From Nitrospirota bacterium (lineage in GTDB: Bacteria; Nitrospirota; UBA9217): a stretch of 64,000 nt of DNA. The notes under the pieces were generated by a model. It made no database searches, was not told where the DNA came from, and saw nothing but the letters and a program-made list of their open reading frames with translations. The stretch spans positions 864,001-928,000 of the forward strand of contig CAWFSF010000006.1 of assembly GCA_963818475.1 (NCBI GenBank). Direction: 5' to 3'. Every line of letters begins with the position of its first letter. The first letter of the stretch is position 1. Positions 41,349 through 52,050 of this stretch are shown here, piece after piece. A program made the position numbers and the translations under genes.

Positions 41349-42345
41349 TTGCACGCATGCGCTCCAGGACATCCTGCCGGAGATGACGCTAGCGATTCAT
41401 ACCGGTTCCTGGCTTTACTCCGCATCGCACCGTTGTTGGTATCTTCGGTCATTGCTCGCTCGAGTGATACGACTCACTCGGCGGGGGAAAAAACAGTTTG
41501 TGGCGTCTGCAGCACGGTTCACCGGACCTTTTACGATCATAAGATCAAGCGGGTCCGTGATCTTTCTAATGGCGATGCCCGCATCTATCTGGAACTACCG
41601 GTACGACGAGTCCAGTGCCGGAGGTGCGGTAAGGTGAAACAAGAGAAGCTGGCGTTTCTGGCAGACAGTCCGTTTTATACCAAGCGCTTTGCCTTCTATA
41701 TCGGCAAGCGGTGCAGCACCTCAACGATCAAGGATGTTGCCAAAGAGTTTCATCTTGACCGAAGAGCCGTCAAAGAACTCGAAATGCAGTACATGCGGGA
41801 GAAGCTTCGTCGGGCTGGAAACCCCGGACCGAAAGTTATCGGTATCGACGAAATCTCGATCCGCAAGGGCCATACGTACCGGATCGTAGTCAGCGACCTG
41901 GAGCGGCGGCGGCCAATCTGGTTCGGAGGTGAAGACCGCTCGGAAGAAAGCCTAAACTGCTTCTTCGACGAGTTGGGGCCGAAAAAGGCTAGCAAAATAC
42001 GCCTTGCGGTCATGGACATGTGGAAGCCTTTTGAAAAGTCCACACGTCAAGAAAGCTCCGCAGGCAGCCATTCTCTACGACAAGTTCCATATCATAAGGC
42101 ACCTGAACGATGCCTTGGACAAAATTAGAAAGAGCGAATATGCCAGACTGACCGGCAACAGTCGTAAGTTCATCAAGGGTCAGAAATATACGCTTCTCTC
42201 GCATCGCGAGAATCTTACGACGGATGGGAGAAGATCGTTAAAGACGCTTTTGACTGCTAACAAGCGGCTAAACACTGCCTATATCCTTAAAGAGGAGTTC
42301 GGGCAGCTCTGGGACTATCAGTCAGAAGCCTGGGCCAGAAAGTAA
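41349..42345 (+). pseudogene. ISL3 transposase, frameshifted and truncated
   Basis: Zn finger CGVC/CRRC, IGIDEISIRKGHTY, VMDMWKPF, YDKFH. Confidence 0.88.
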
Positions 42346-42751
42346 AATCCTATTTGGTTCGAATCTGAAACGGATCCGTTGGCGTCAGATAACCAAATTA
42401 GGGAGGCAGAAAAACGATTAAAATTAAAATTTTCGATTGAATATGCTCAATTTTTAAAAATTATGGCGGCGGCTATTTTGCATTCGTCAATGTTTTTTCT
42501 GTTGATCCCACCAGTGAGTGGGACATAGTAAAACGTAATTCGAACATCATAGGAAAACCGACTTCCTTGCCATTCCAGACGATGAATCAGGCGGTTATTA
42601 TGGTTTTATAGTAACTAACAATGTTCGTGAATCAAAGATTGTGTACTTCGAATTTGAAGAGGGTAAGGTATTGCGTGAGCCGGTTTATGAAAATTTGTTT
42701 GACTATCTTGTCAAGGTAGGATGTAGAAAAAACGGCGAAACAAAGGAATAA
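42346..42751 (+). pseudogene. SMI1/KNR4 immunity protein remnant
   Basis: IREAEKRLKLKFSIEYAQFLK / YGGGYF..DDESGGYYGF..NLFDYL across frameshifts. Confidence 0.7.
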
Positions 42752-42786
42752 CGTTGGAGGGCTAATGGGGTTGTTTTGGCTCAGCG

Positions 42787-43046
42787 TGAATTGGACTTTC
42801 AGCCGATTTGAGATAAACTATCTCGAACGGAGGAAGGTCCATGCGAAAAAAGCGTCACAATTACACACCCGAGGAGAAGGTTGCGATCCTCAAGCGTCAT
42901 CTGGTCGAACAGGTCCCGATCTCAGACCTATGCGACAAGTATCAGTTGCAACCAACGGTCTTCTGCCACTGGCAGAAGCAGTTCTTTGAAAACGGTGCGG
43001 CAGCCTTCACTCAAGGCAAGGATCCCAAGCGCCAAGAAACCCAGCA
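42787..43046 (+). pseudogene. IS3-family left end and orfA fragment
   Basis: RHNYTPEEKVAILKRHL..WQKQFFENG; cut at caatcttggggac. Confidence 0.75.
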
Positions 43047-43129
43047 CAATCTTGGGGACATACTATATAGCTCCTGTCAAGAGACCCTTTATTTTGCATG
43101 ATTTTCAATAAGATAATTTTCTGCATCAA

Positions 43130-43345
43130 CTAAGAACACAGTTTTCCTTCCGGCATTCCTGCCGCTATCGCTTTATCGGCGAGTCTCTCGCATTCAGGCG
43201 AACGACGGCTTAATCGTTATATCTATCCGGCGTGCATGGCCGCCAAGAATACCTTATCCAGATTCCATCGTTCAAACGAGAGGCACTGTATTGTCCCGCA
43301 CGAGGTCAACTGCCCTCAACGTTGATGCTCGGGCTCTTGCCGAAA
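43130..43345 (-). ncRNA. Predicted bridge/seek RNA of IS110-2 (boundaries approximate)
   Basis: Homologous to 6010-6200; ATCAACGT matches its own target 8/8. Confidence 0.7.
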
Positions 43346-43378
43346 TCGTTTTTGTGCTTCAGGATCATGCCGCTTTTT

Positions 43379-44660
43379 TCAGCGTTTTCGGATCCTCCTG
43401 CTTGAGATATTTTGGATCGAAGATTCTTTCTTCTTCATCAGCGTCCATGCGATGATCAAGAGTTTTGCGGCGAGCTTGACACGCATCTTTGTGCCGATCC
43501 CTTTCTCCCGCCCGGCCTTTGAGCTTGTTCGTAAAGTAGGCGATGAAGTCCTTGTTCTTGGCGAGGCGATAAGCGCCGCCTGATACAGTCCATACCGGAG
43601 GTCGGCCTTACCCTGTTTGGAGATGACCGGTATCGCGCTGTTTGACTTCTTGCCGCTCCGGTTCGCGCAAAGGCCAAGACCGGCCATTTTCAAGACCTGC
43701 TTCGCGTCGTAAACCGCTGAGGATTACCGATGGCCCCCAGGACTTTCGAAGAGATATCCGGCCCGAATCCCGGAATGCTCAGAAGGTACGTATACTCGGG
43801 AAACTCCAGGCAAGCATCCTCGATCTTGTCTTCCACTGACTTGATGCTTTGGCGAAGCTGCTTCAAACTGTCCACCATGACCTGCGCTTCGAAAAAAGGC
43901 CTCTCCATGGTGACAGATGGATCAACCGCGGCCCTCCAGATCTTGCCACCTTGCGGCCCTTGGATAGCTCATTGTGCCCGGCGCGACGGTACGGCAGAAG
44001 TCATCGTATTCCATGCCAGCGATCTCCGACGGATCGAGGCATTCCCTCACTACTGCCAGGGTTTCCGAGGGACCATAGTGTTGGTCCAGCTCGGGAAATA
44101 CTGCGCGAGGAGTTGGTTGCGAATGCACGCGCTTAAGCCGTGTTCCCGTTTCTTCAGCCGCCGTTTAAGCGCGTTGAGTATACGTACGTTCCGCAGCGTC
44201 ATCAGGGGGTATTCGTAAAACAGGCACTTTCCCTGGGAGATGAGATCGGCGACATTTGCAGCGTCTTTAACGTCATGCTTGTCCCAGCGGCCGTCCAGAA
44301 GCGGCCAGTTGTTCTTGACCGCGACGCCTCCCACAAGAACAACCATGTGCCCGCATTTGATCAGATGCTCCGCCAGGGGCTTGTGATAGTTTGCTGTCGG
44401 CTCGATGCCGAAAACGACTACCGTCAGGCTGTATTGAACTTTTATTCGCTCGACATAAGCGAGCAGCTTTTGAAAGCCTTCAAGCGTATTGTCAAAAACC
44501 AGATTCTTAACCAGAGTTTTGCCACGTGCCGTGCCGAAAAAAGCGTTATGTTTTTCCTTAGCCGCATCAATGCCGACGATCAAATGCTTATCCGAACCGC
44601 GAATCTCTTTCTTCAGTTGAAGAAACTGCTCAAGTCTGATATCATCTACATAGTTCTATA
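43379..44660 (-). pseudogene. IS110 transposase with several frameshifts
   Basis: VGIDAAK, GIEPTANYHKPL, IPGFGPD, KMRVKLAAKLL in different frames. Confidence 0.88.
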
Positions 44661-44807
44661 GAAGCCTCCTGTCTCTTGAATTTAGTTCCGTCATAAACTA
44701 ATTCTTAGCAAGAGGTTTCTGTTTTGGGTAGCTTATGAAAAAATATTCTTTCAGCTATACTGCTTGATTCACCTATGCTCTTTCTACTATACTTTCTACT
44801 ATATAAC

Positions 44808-44952
44808 GTTGATACCTAGCAAGCATTTAGCTTGACAAACCCTACCCTATTTAAAATCACCCCATGCCACGCCAAGCGAGACTCGACGTACCCGGAGCCC
44901 TGTGGGGGCATTGGGGTCACTGAGATACAATGCAACATAAGTAACAACGTCC
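44808..44952 (+). mobile_element. Internally deleted (MITE-like) derivative of the Y1-transposase element
   Basis: ATG at 44864 encodes MPRQARLDVPGAL, followed by gagatacaatgcaacataagtaacaacgtcc matching 40269-40299. Confidence 0.8.
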
Positions 44953-45060
44953 GTACGCAGTAACAACTGATTATCTTGCGAGTTCAAGTCCCGTCCGAGG
45001 AATTGTCCGTACACCTCGATAGCACGAGGGAGCGGCATCTGAGCAATCGGGACGTATGGG
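44953..45060 (+). mobile_element. 5' fragment of a second group II intron
   Basis: gtacgcagtaacaactgattatc..gcacgagggagcggc..ctgagcaatc homologous to 16830-16925. Confidence 0.85.
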
Positions 45061-45180
45061 ATTTCCCCAAGGTAACCTATAACGCTGATCGGATCCTGCA
45101 ACTGTTGAGACCCCGCCCCACCATAGCCCTTTCCGAAAAAAAGCTTGCAACAACTCAGTAAAATCAGTAATATACACCTC

Positions 45181-45819
45181 GTGAAAAAAATACAGGATTA
45201 CTTCAAAAAATACTTCATTACCGGGCTGCTCGTGCTCATCCCGATCTGGGCGACCTACTATGTGCTGTCAGGCCTGCTGGGGATCATCGACGGGATGCTG
45301 GGCGATTTGCCGGGATACTTGCTGGGACTGAAGTTCCCGGGGCTCGGCATCATCACGCTGATCCTGTTCGTGCTGTTCATCGGCGTCCTCTCCGCCAACT
45401 ATATCGGCAAGAACCTGGTCAGCTACAGCGATTCCATGATGCAACGAGTCCCGTTGGTGCGCGGTGTCTATTCCACCATGAAGAAGATCATGGATACCTT
45501 TTCCATGAAGCAGAACTTCCATGGCGTCGGACTGGTCGAATATCCCCGGAAGGGCTGTTACAGCGTAGGATTCATCACCGGCGGCCTTCAGGGTGAGGAA
45601 TTGGGTCTCACCGGCAGGTTTATGACGGTCTTTGTTCCTACCACCCCGAACCCCACAGCGGGTTTTCTTCTTCTCCTCCCCGAGACGGAGGTGCACCGGC
45701 TCAATATGTCCGTTGATGAGGGCATGAAGTTCATTGTCTCTCTCGGGCTGGTGTCACTGAGCGAGATTCAGGCCAATAAGCTTAAGAACAACGTTTGCAC
45801 TGAGGCTTCCAAAGTATGA
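45181..45819 (+). CDS. DUF502 domain protein
   Basis: YFITGLLVLIP, VEYPRKG, VFVPTTPNPTAG. Confidence 0.9.
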   Translation: MKKIQDYFKKYFITGLLVLIPIWATYYVLSGLLGIIDGMLGDLPGYLLGLKFPGLGIITLILFVLFIGVLSANYIGKNLVSYSDSMMQRVPLVRGVYSTMKKIMDTFSMKQNFHGVGLVEYPRKGCYSVGFITGGLQGEELGLTGRFMTVFVPTTPNPTAGFLLLLPETEVHRLNMSVDEGMKFIVSLGLVSLSEIQANKLKNNVCTEASKV

Positions 45820-47201
45820 AACCGACCGTGGTGATCCTTGCAGCAGGGCTGGGGACGAGAATGAAGTCCGGCCTTGCCAAAGCCCTGCACCCTCTTGCGG
45901 GACGGCCGCTGATCCAGCATGTTCTGGAGGCTGTTTCGGGGCTCGCTGCTGAACGGACCGTTGTCGTGCTGGGCCACCAGGCCGACCACGTGCGGAAAAT
46001 AGTGGAAGGGTACGGCGCAACCATAGCGCTCCAGGCAGAGCAGCTCGGCACGGGACATGCGGTGATGCAGGCACACGAGGTCATTGCTGCGGCGAAAGGA
46101 CCGGTCCTGATCCTCTGCGCTGATACGCCGCTGCTCACCACGACCACGCTGCGTTCGATCGTAGATCTCCATGCCGCGTCCCGCGCTGCGGTGACGGTCA
46201 TGACGGCCGTGGTCCTGGATCCCTTCGGGTACGGCAGGGTCGTGCGGAGCAAGGGCGGCATCACGCGCATTGTCGAGGAGAAGGACGCCACCACGGCCCA
46301 GAAAAAGATCATTGAAGTGAATGCCGGGATCTACTGTTTTGAACAACGGTTCCTGCTGGAAGCGCTGAAGTCCATCGGAAATAAGAACGCACAGGGTGAA
46401 TACTATCTGCCGGATACGATAACGCTGGCGCGGAAAAAACGACTCGTTGTGGCGGGCCTGGTCTGCGAAGACCCTGATGAGGTCATGGGGGTCAATACGC
46501 GGGTCGACCTGAGCCGCGCGGAACATATCATGCGTTCCCGGATCAACCGCGCCTGGATGCTGGCAGGCGTGACCATGCTCGACCCCGGCGCGACCTTCAT
46601 CGGGAGCGAGGTCACCTTGGGCCGCGACTGTATCCTGTATCCGAACGTCAGACTCGAAGGAAAAACAACGATCGGTCAGGGATGCACGGTCTTTCCAGGC
46701 ACCCGGATCGTGGACAGTACCATCGGCAATGCAGTGACGGTCAAGGACTGCTCCGTGATCGAAGAGAGCGCGATCGACGACAGCGCTTCGGTGGGGCCCT
46801 TCGCTCATCTCCGGCCCGGTTCGGTCATCGGCGCCCGGGCCAGGATCGGCAACTTTGTCGAGATAAAGAAAACATCCATTGGCGAGGGCAGCAAGGCGAA
46901 TCATCTCGCCTATATCGGCGACGCCACCGTGGGAAAAGACGTGAACATCGGCGCCGGCGTGATCACCTGCAATTATGACGGTTTCGATAAATTTGCGACG
47001 ATCATCGAGGACGGAGTATTTGTCGGCAGCGACAGCCAACTGGTGGCGCCGGTCCGGATCGGACGCGGGGCGCTTATCGCCGCAGGAGCCACGATCACGC
47101 GCGATGTCCCGGCTGATGCCCTGGCCATCAGCCGCCCGCCGCAGGACATACGCGAAGGTTTTGCCGGAAGGCGAAGGAAAATGAAGCAAAAAAAGAAGTG
47201 A
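45816..47201 (+). CDS. glmU: Bifunctional UDP-GlcNAc pyrophosphorylase/acetyltransferase
   Basis: LAAGLGTRMKS, QLGTGHA, hexapeptide repeats, NYDG. Confidence 0.97.
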   Translation: MKPTVVILAAGLGTRMKSGLAKALHPLAGRPLIQHVLEAVSGLAAERTVVVLGHQADHVRKIVEGYGATIALQAEQLGTGHAVMQAHEVIAAAKGPVLILCADTPLLTTTTLRSIVDLHAASRAAVTVMTAVVLDPFGYGRVVRSKGGITRIVEEKDATTAQKKIIEVNAGIYCFEQRFLLEALKSIGNKNAQGEYYLPDTITLARKKRLVVAGLVCEDPDEVMGVNTRVDLSRAEHIMRSRINRAWMLAGVTMLDPGATFIGSEVTLGRDCILYPNVRLEGKTTIGQGCTVFPGTRIVDSTIGNAVTVKDCSVIEESAIDDSASVGPFAHLRPGSVIGARARIGNFVEIKKTSIGEGSKANHLAYIGDATVGKDVNIGAGVITCNYDGFDKFATIIEDGVFVGSDSQLVAPVRIGRGALIAAGATITRDVPADALAISRPPQDIREGFAGRRRKMKQKKK

Positions 47202-47202
47202 T

Positions 47203-47375
47203 TTTGATGCATTCGTAAAAAGTCGAGAAGGCCGTCTTTGTGAGGGTCCCTTGCCGTCATTGCGAGCCAAAGGCGAAGCAATCTCGAAGTTGGTATCTGC
47301 CTGGAAAAACGAGATTGCCGCGTCGCTCCGCTCCTCGCAATGACAGCAGTTGGGGACTTCTTACGAGACCATCAA
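47203..47375. repeat. Nested palindromic repeat element between glmU and glmS
   Basis: Outer ttgatg..tcgtaaaaagtc / gacttcttacgagaccatcaa; inner gtcattgcgag..gcaatctc / gagattgc..ctcgcaatgac. Confidence 0.75.
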
Positions 47376-47420
47376 TCTTGCACTTTGCAATTTGTGTTAC
47401 GAACTGAGGTGTTTTGATCT

Positions 47421-49250
47421 ATGTGCGGAATTATCGGCTATATCGGCAAAGAACCTGCAGTCCCGATCCTGATCGAGGGGCTTAAAAAGCTTGAGTACCG
47501 CGGCTATGATTCTTCAGGCGTGGCGGTCATGCAGAATGACAAGATCGAGGTCCGCAGGGCCGTGGGCAAGCTCCAGAACCTGGAGACGCTGCTTCGCAGC
47601 GAATCGCTGAGCGGCAGGATCGGTATCGGACATGTCCGCTGGGCCACGCACGGCCGCCCGTCCGAGGAGAACGCCCATCCGCACCGCGCCGGCAACATCG
47701 TGGTCGTGCACAACGGCATCATCGAAAACTATATTACGCTCAAAAAAGAGCTCGCTGCCAAGGGCCGCACCTTTCTGTCCGAAACTGACACAGAGGTCAT
47801 CGCTCAGTTGATTGACAGCCTTGCCAAAGACGGCGTCAGCCTTGAAACGGCTGTCCGGGAAGCGACCCGCCACCTCGAAGGGGCCTACGCCATAGCGGTC
47901 ATCGACGAGCGTGACCCCGAGGTCGTCATCGGCGCACGGAAGGGCAGTCCGCTGGTTGTCGGTCTCGGCCAGGGTGAGTTTTTCCTGGCTTCGGATATCC
48001 CCGCCATTTTGCACCGCACGCGCGACGTGCTGTTCCTGGACGACGATGAGATGGCCATCCTTTCGGATGTGGGGGTCCGTATTACCGACCTCAAAGGCAA
48101 TGAAGTGACCCGCGAGATCACCCGCGTCCTCTGGAACCCGGTGATGGCGGAAAAGGGCGGTTACCGCCACTTCATGCTGAAGGAGATCTTCGAGCAGCCC
48201 CGGGCGATCATGGACACCATCCGCGGCCGCATTTCCCAGGAAACCGGCGCCATTCATCTGGAAGAGGTCGGCATCGGTCGGGAGCGCCTCAATACGATCA
48301 AGAAGATCTTTATCGTTGCCTGCGGCACGTCATGGCATGCCGGCCTGGCGGGCAAATACATGATCGAAGAGCTCGCGTCGATCCCGACCGAGGTCGACAT
48401 CGCATCGGAGTTCCGGTACCGTAATCCCCTGGTGGGCCCCGACGACCTGTTCATCGCCATTACCCAGTCGGGCGAGACCGCCGATACGCTGGCTGCCATG
48501 CGCGAGGCCAAGAAAAAAGGGGCAACGGTCATTGTTGTCTGCAATGTCGTTGGATCCACGGCGAGCCGCGAGGCCGACGGCGTGGTCTATACCCACGCCG
48601 GACCCGAGATCGGCGTGGCTTCGACCAAAGCCTTTACAGCACAGCTTACGGCGCTCTACCTCTTCGGCCTGTTCTTCGCCGGATTGCGCAAAACGCTTGC
48701 TATTGACGAATTGAAGAAGAAGCTTGCCGACCTGGTGCACATTCCCTCGCTTGTTGAGCGCTGCCTTGAGGACAACGAACGCATCGAGCAGATCGCGAAG
48801 CTTTTCTTCAAGGCCAACGACTTCCTGTACCTCGGCCGGGGGCCGAACTTCCCGGTAGCGCTCGAGGGCGCGCTCAAACTGAAAGAGATCTCATACATCC
48901 ATGCCGAGGGGTATCCGGCTGGAGAAATGAAACACGGTCCGATCGCGCTGATCGACGAGAACCTGCCCGTCGTGGTCCTGGCCGGCAGGAACGGCGTCTA
49001 TGAAAAGATCCTGGCCAATATCGAAGAAGTGAAGGCCCGCGGCGGGATCGTCATCGCGATCACGACCGAGGGAGACACCGAGATCGTCAAGCGGGTGGAC
49101 CACGCGGTCGCGGTGCCGGCGACGAACCAGCTGTTGATGCCGATCCTCCTGTCCATCCCGCTCCAGTTGCTGGCATACCACATTGCCGTGCTGCGCGGCG
49201 CCGATGTTGACCAGCCCCGAAATCTAGCCAAGAGCGTAACGGTGGAGTGA
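47421..49250 (+). CDS. glmS: Glutamine--fructose-6-phosphate aminotransferase
   Basis: MCGIIG, RWATHG, PRNLAKSVTVE. Confidence 0.98.
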   Translation: MCGIIGYIGKEPAVPILIEGLKKLEYRGYDSSGVAVMQNDKIEVRRAVGKLQNLETLLRSESLSGRIGIGHVRWATHGRPSEENAHPHRAGNIVVVHNGIIENYITLKKELAAKGRTFLSETDTEVIAQLIDSLAKDGVSLETAVREATRHLEGAYAIAVIDERDPEVVIGARKGSPLVVGLGQGEFFLASDIPAILHRTRDVLFLDDDEMAILSDVGVRITDLKGNEVTREITRVLWNPVMAEKGGYRHFMLKEIFEQPRAIMDTIRGRISQETGAIHLEEVGIGRERLNTIKKIFIVACGTSWHAGLAGKYMIEELASIPTEVDIASEFRYRNPLVGPDDLFIAITQSGETADTLAAMREAKKKGATVIVVCNVVGSTASREADGVVYTHAGPEIGVASTKAFTAQLTALYLFGLFFAGLRKTLAIDELKKKLADLVHIPSLVERCLEDNERIEQIAKLFFKANDFLYLGRGPNFPVALEGALKLKEISYIHAEGYPAGEMKHGPIALIDENLPVVVLAGRNGVYEKILANIEEVKARGGIVIAITTEGDTEIVKRVDHAVAVPATNQLLMPILLSIPLQLLAYHIAVLRGADVDQPRNLAKSVTVE

Positions 49251-49255
49251 TGCAA

Positions 49256-49328
49256 TTGCGGATTTCGGATTGCGGATTTCGGATTTAAATTCCGTTCATT
49301 CCGCAATTCACATTCCGCAATCCGCAAT
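49256..49328. repeat. Inverted heptamer arrays (TGCGGAT / ATCCGCA)
   Basis: tgcggatttcggattgcggatttcggat ... ttccgcaatccgcaat. Confidence 0.7.
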
Positions 49329-49332
49329 AGTT

Positions 49333-51558
49333 ATGGACTATTTAGAGAATCTCAATCCGCCTCAGCGCGAGGCTGTTCTGTACGGCGACGGGCCGCTCCT
49401 GATCCTGGCCGGCGCGGGCAGCGGCAAAACGCGGGTGATCACCAGCAGGATCGCGCATCTGATCCGCGAGCGGCACGTCGATCCGAGCAACATTCTAGCG
49501 GTCACCTTTACGAACAAGGCGGCCAACGAAATGCGGGAGCGGGTGGAGCGGATGATCAGCATCCCGCTGAACCGGCTCTGGATCAGCACGTTCCATTCGT
49601 CCTGCGTTCGCATCCTGCGCCAGCACATCAATGCGCTGGGGTATCAGAAGCAGTTCGTGATCTATGACGAAACGGACCGGTCCTCGCTCATCAAGGCTTG
49701 CATGGCGGACCTCAGGATCGATGCCGAGCAGTACCAGCCCCGGGCGATCGTAGCGCGCATCAGCGCGCTCAAGAACAACCTGACCGACGCGGAGCAGTTC
49801 GCCAGAACAGGAGGCCGGTTCGGCTTCGAAGAGGCGGTGGCGCGCGTTTATGCCCTCTATAGCGAGAAACTGAAGGAGTCGGGCGGGGTGGACTTCGACG
49901 ATCTGCTCATGCTGACGGTGAGGCTCTTCGAGGGGCACCCGGACGTGCTGGCCTACTACCAGGACCTGTTCAAGCACATTCTGATCGACGAGTACCAGGA
50001 CACGAACCATGCCCAGTACCGTTTTATCAGGCTTTTGACGGCGAAACATAAGAACCTCTGTGTGGTGGGTGATGACGATCAAAGCATTTACCGGTTCCGG
50101 GGCGCCGATATCTCGAACATCCTGAACTTCGAGAAGGACTTCCCCAACGTCAAAGTCATCAAGCTTGAGCAGAACTACCGTTCAACGAGCAATATCCTGG
50201 GCGCGGCAGGTGCTGTGGTCAGCCGCAACCTCGGCAGGAAAAAGAAGGAGCTTTGGACCGAGAAGCGTGGCGGCGAGAAGATCCTGTGCTACAAGGCAAC
50301 GGACGAGAAGGACGAAGCTCGCTATATCTGCAGGACCATCCAGCAGCAGATCGACGAGGGCAGGAGCCTGCGCGAGATCGCGGTGCTGTATCGCACCAAC
50401 GCCCAGTCACGCGCCCTGGAAGATGCACTCCGGGACCGGGGAATCCCGTACCGGATCTTCGGCGGCCTGCGGTTCTATGACCGCAAGGAGATCAAGGACA
50501 TCATCGCCTATCTGCGGGTGCTGCATAATCCCGCTGACGTGGTGAGCCTGCGCAGGATCATTAATGTGCCTGCCCGGGGCATCGGCGATACCACGGTCGA
50601 CAAACTGGAACGTGCTGCAAACCTGGCAGGTACGGGCCTCTATCAGGCGGTTGCCGGCGCAGAGCAGACCGACGTCACCCCTGCGGCAAAGCGGAAGCTT
50701 CGGGACTTTACCGCCATGATGGACCGTTTGCGGGAACTGACGGGCGTGCTGACGATCACGGACCTCGTAAGACGGGTGATCTTCGAAAGCGGTTACGGCA
50801 CTGCACTCGAACAGGAGAAGTCGATCGAATCCCGGATCAGGCTCGAGAACCTTACGGAGCTCATGACCGCTACCGAGGATTTCCTGGAGCAGCACCGGGA
50901 CGCATCGCTCGCCATGTTCCTGGACCAAGTGGCGCTGATGACCGATTCAGAACAGCAGATGTCCGCCGAGAGCAGGCGCGGGAACAATGATTCGGTGACG
51001 CTCATGACGCTTCATAGTGCCAAGGGTCTGGAGTTCGCCGTGGTGTTCCTGGCCGGGATGGAAGAGGGGCTGTTCCCCCATTCCCGGTCTGCTGAAAACG
51101 AGGACGAGCTTGAGGAGGAGCGCAGGCTCTGCTACGTTGGCATGACACGGGCCAAGGAGCGCCTCATCCTGACCCATGCCCGGGAACGCCGGCTCTACGG
51201 GTATCCGCAGGCGAACCTGGTGTCGCGCTTTATCCAGGATATCCCGGACGAAGCGATCGAAATGACTGGCGGTGATTTCGCGGCGGCCATTCAGGTCAGG
51301 GAACCGCAAAGGTGGAACACGGCCATTTCACCACCGGCCAGAAAAGGGCCGCCCGTCATCCATCCTGCGTCACCCAGCCAGAAGGGCGCGGCAGGATCTC
51401 CCTTTTACAACGGCGCGGTGGTGCGTCATGCCAAGTTCGGGCTCGGTACGGTGCAGCGGTCTGAGGGGGCGGGCGATGACCTCAAGATCAGCGTCAGTTT
51501 CCCGGGACACGGAGTGAAGACGCTTGCGGTGAAGTATGCGAATCTGGAGATCATTTAG
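49333..51558 (+). CDS. pcrA: ATP-dependent DNA helicase PcrA/UvrD
   Basis: AGAGSGKT, IDEYQD, VGDDDQSIY, EEERRLCYVGMTRA. Confidence 0.95.
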   Translation: MDYLENLNPPQREAVLYGDGPLLILAGAGSGKTRVITSRIAHLIRERHVDPSNILAVTFTNKAANEMRERVERMISIPLNRLWISTFHSSCVRILRQHINALGYQKQFVIYDETDRSSLIKACMADLRIDAEQYQPRAIVARISALKNNLTDAEQFARTGGRFGFEEAVARVYALYSEKLKESGGVDFDDLLMLTVRLFEGHPDVLAYYQDLFKHILIDEYQDTNHAQYRFIRLLTAKHKNLCVVGDDDQSIYRFRGADISNILNFEKDFPNVKVIKLEQNYRSTSNILGAAGAVVSRNLGRKKKELWTEKRGGEKILCYKATDEKDEARYICRTIQQQIDEGRSLREIAVLYRTNAQSRALEDALRDRGIPYRIFGGLRFYDRKEIKDIIAYLRVLHNPADVVSLRRIINVPARGIGDTTVDKLERAANLAGTGLYQAVAGAEQTDVTPAAKRKLRDFTAMMDRLRELTGVLTITDLVRRVIFESGYGTALEQEKSIESRIRLENLTELMTATEDFLEQHRDASLAMFLDQVALMTDSEQQMSAESRRGNNDSVTLMTLHSAKGLEFAVVFLAGMEEGLFPHSRSAENEDELEEERRLCYVGMTRAKERLILTHARERRLYGYPQANLVSRFIQDIPDEAIEMTGGDFAAAIQVREPQRWNTAISPPARKGPPVIHPASPSQKGAAGSPFYNGAVVRHAKFGLGTVQRSEGAGDDLKISVSFPGHGVKTLAVKYANLEII

Positions 51559-51580
51559 GAGCAACTGCAAGTCGAATTTA

Positions 51581-51660
51581 ACCGCTGAGACGCAGAGGCG
51601 CAGAGAAAATCTTTATTATGTTCAATGCGCCCTCCTCCGCGTCTCCGCGTCTCGGCGGTG
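51581..51660. repeat. Intergenic inverted repeat
   Basis: accgctgagacgcagaggcgcagag ... ctccgcgtctccgcgtctcggcggt. Confidence 0.7.
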
Positions 51661-51705
51661 GATAATGACTTTTTACTGCAATATAGACTTTTACAGGAGT
51701 CCAGA

Positions 51706-51993
51706 ATGAATATCACGAAGCAGGAAGTAGAACATGTTGCCAGGCTTGCCAGGCTGGAGTTGTCGGAGCAGGAAAAGGAAAAATTGACTGAGCAGCTTTC
51801 GGGCATTCTCACGTATGTGGAGAAGCTGAACGAGCTCACAACCACGGGTGTGGAGCCGACGGCGCATGTGCTCGATATCAGCAACGTCATGCGCGACGAT
51901 CTGCCTGCCGAGAGCCTTTCCCAGGAGCGGGCGCTGGCCAATGCGCCGGATAAGGCGGCAGGACATTTCCGCGTGCCGCTCATAATTGAATAA
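51706..51993 (+). CDS. gatC: Asp/Glu-tRNA amidotransferase subunit C
   Basis: VEHVARLARL, GVEPTAH, FRVP. Confidence 0.95.
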   Translation: MNITKQEVEHVARLARLELSEQEKEKLTEQLSGILTYVEKLNELTTTGVEPTAHVLDISNVMRDDLPAESLSQERALANAPDKAAGHFRVPLIIE

Positions 51994-52050
51994 TACGATT
52001 TCGGATTGCGGAATGAAAACAAAGAATCAAGAACGGAAAAAGAGGATATC

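Larger units (their letters stand above)
43058..44807 (-). mobile_element. IS110-family element 2 with GT core, inserted in ATCAAC-GT-CCCC
   Basis: Minus strand: gtatcaacGTtatatag ... ctatatagtatGTccccaag. Confidence 0.85.

Noticed and set aside
2000-45100. Classical integron
   Set aside because: No tyrosine integrase, and the hairpins lack attC RYYYAAC/GTTRRRY ends.
47202-47420. glmS ribozyme
   Set aside because: The spacer is explained by palindromic repeats; no recognisable ribozyme core.
49200-49330. Tn7 insertion at the glmS attachment site
   Set aside because: glmS is followed by a short repeat and pcrA; no tns genes or transposon ends.
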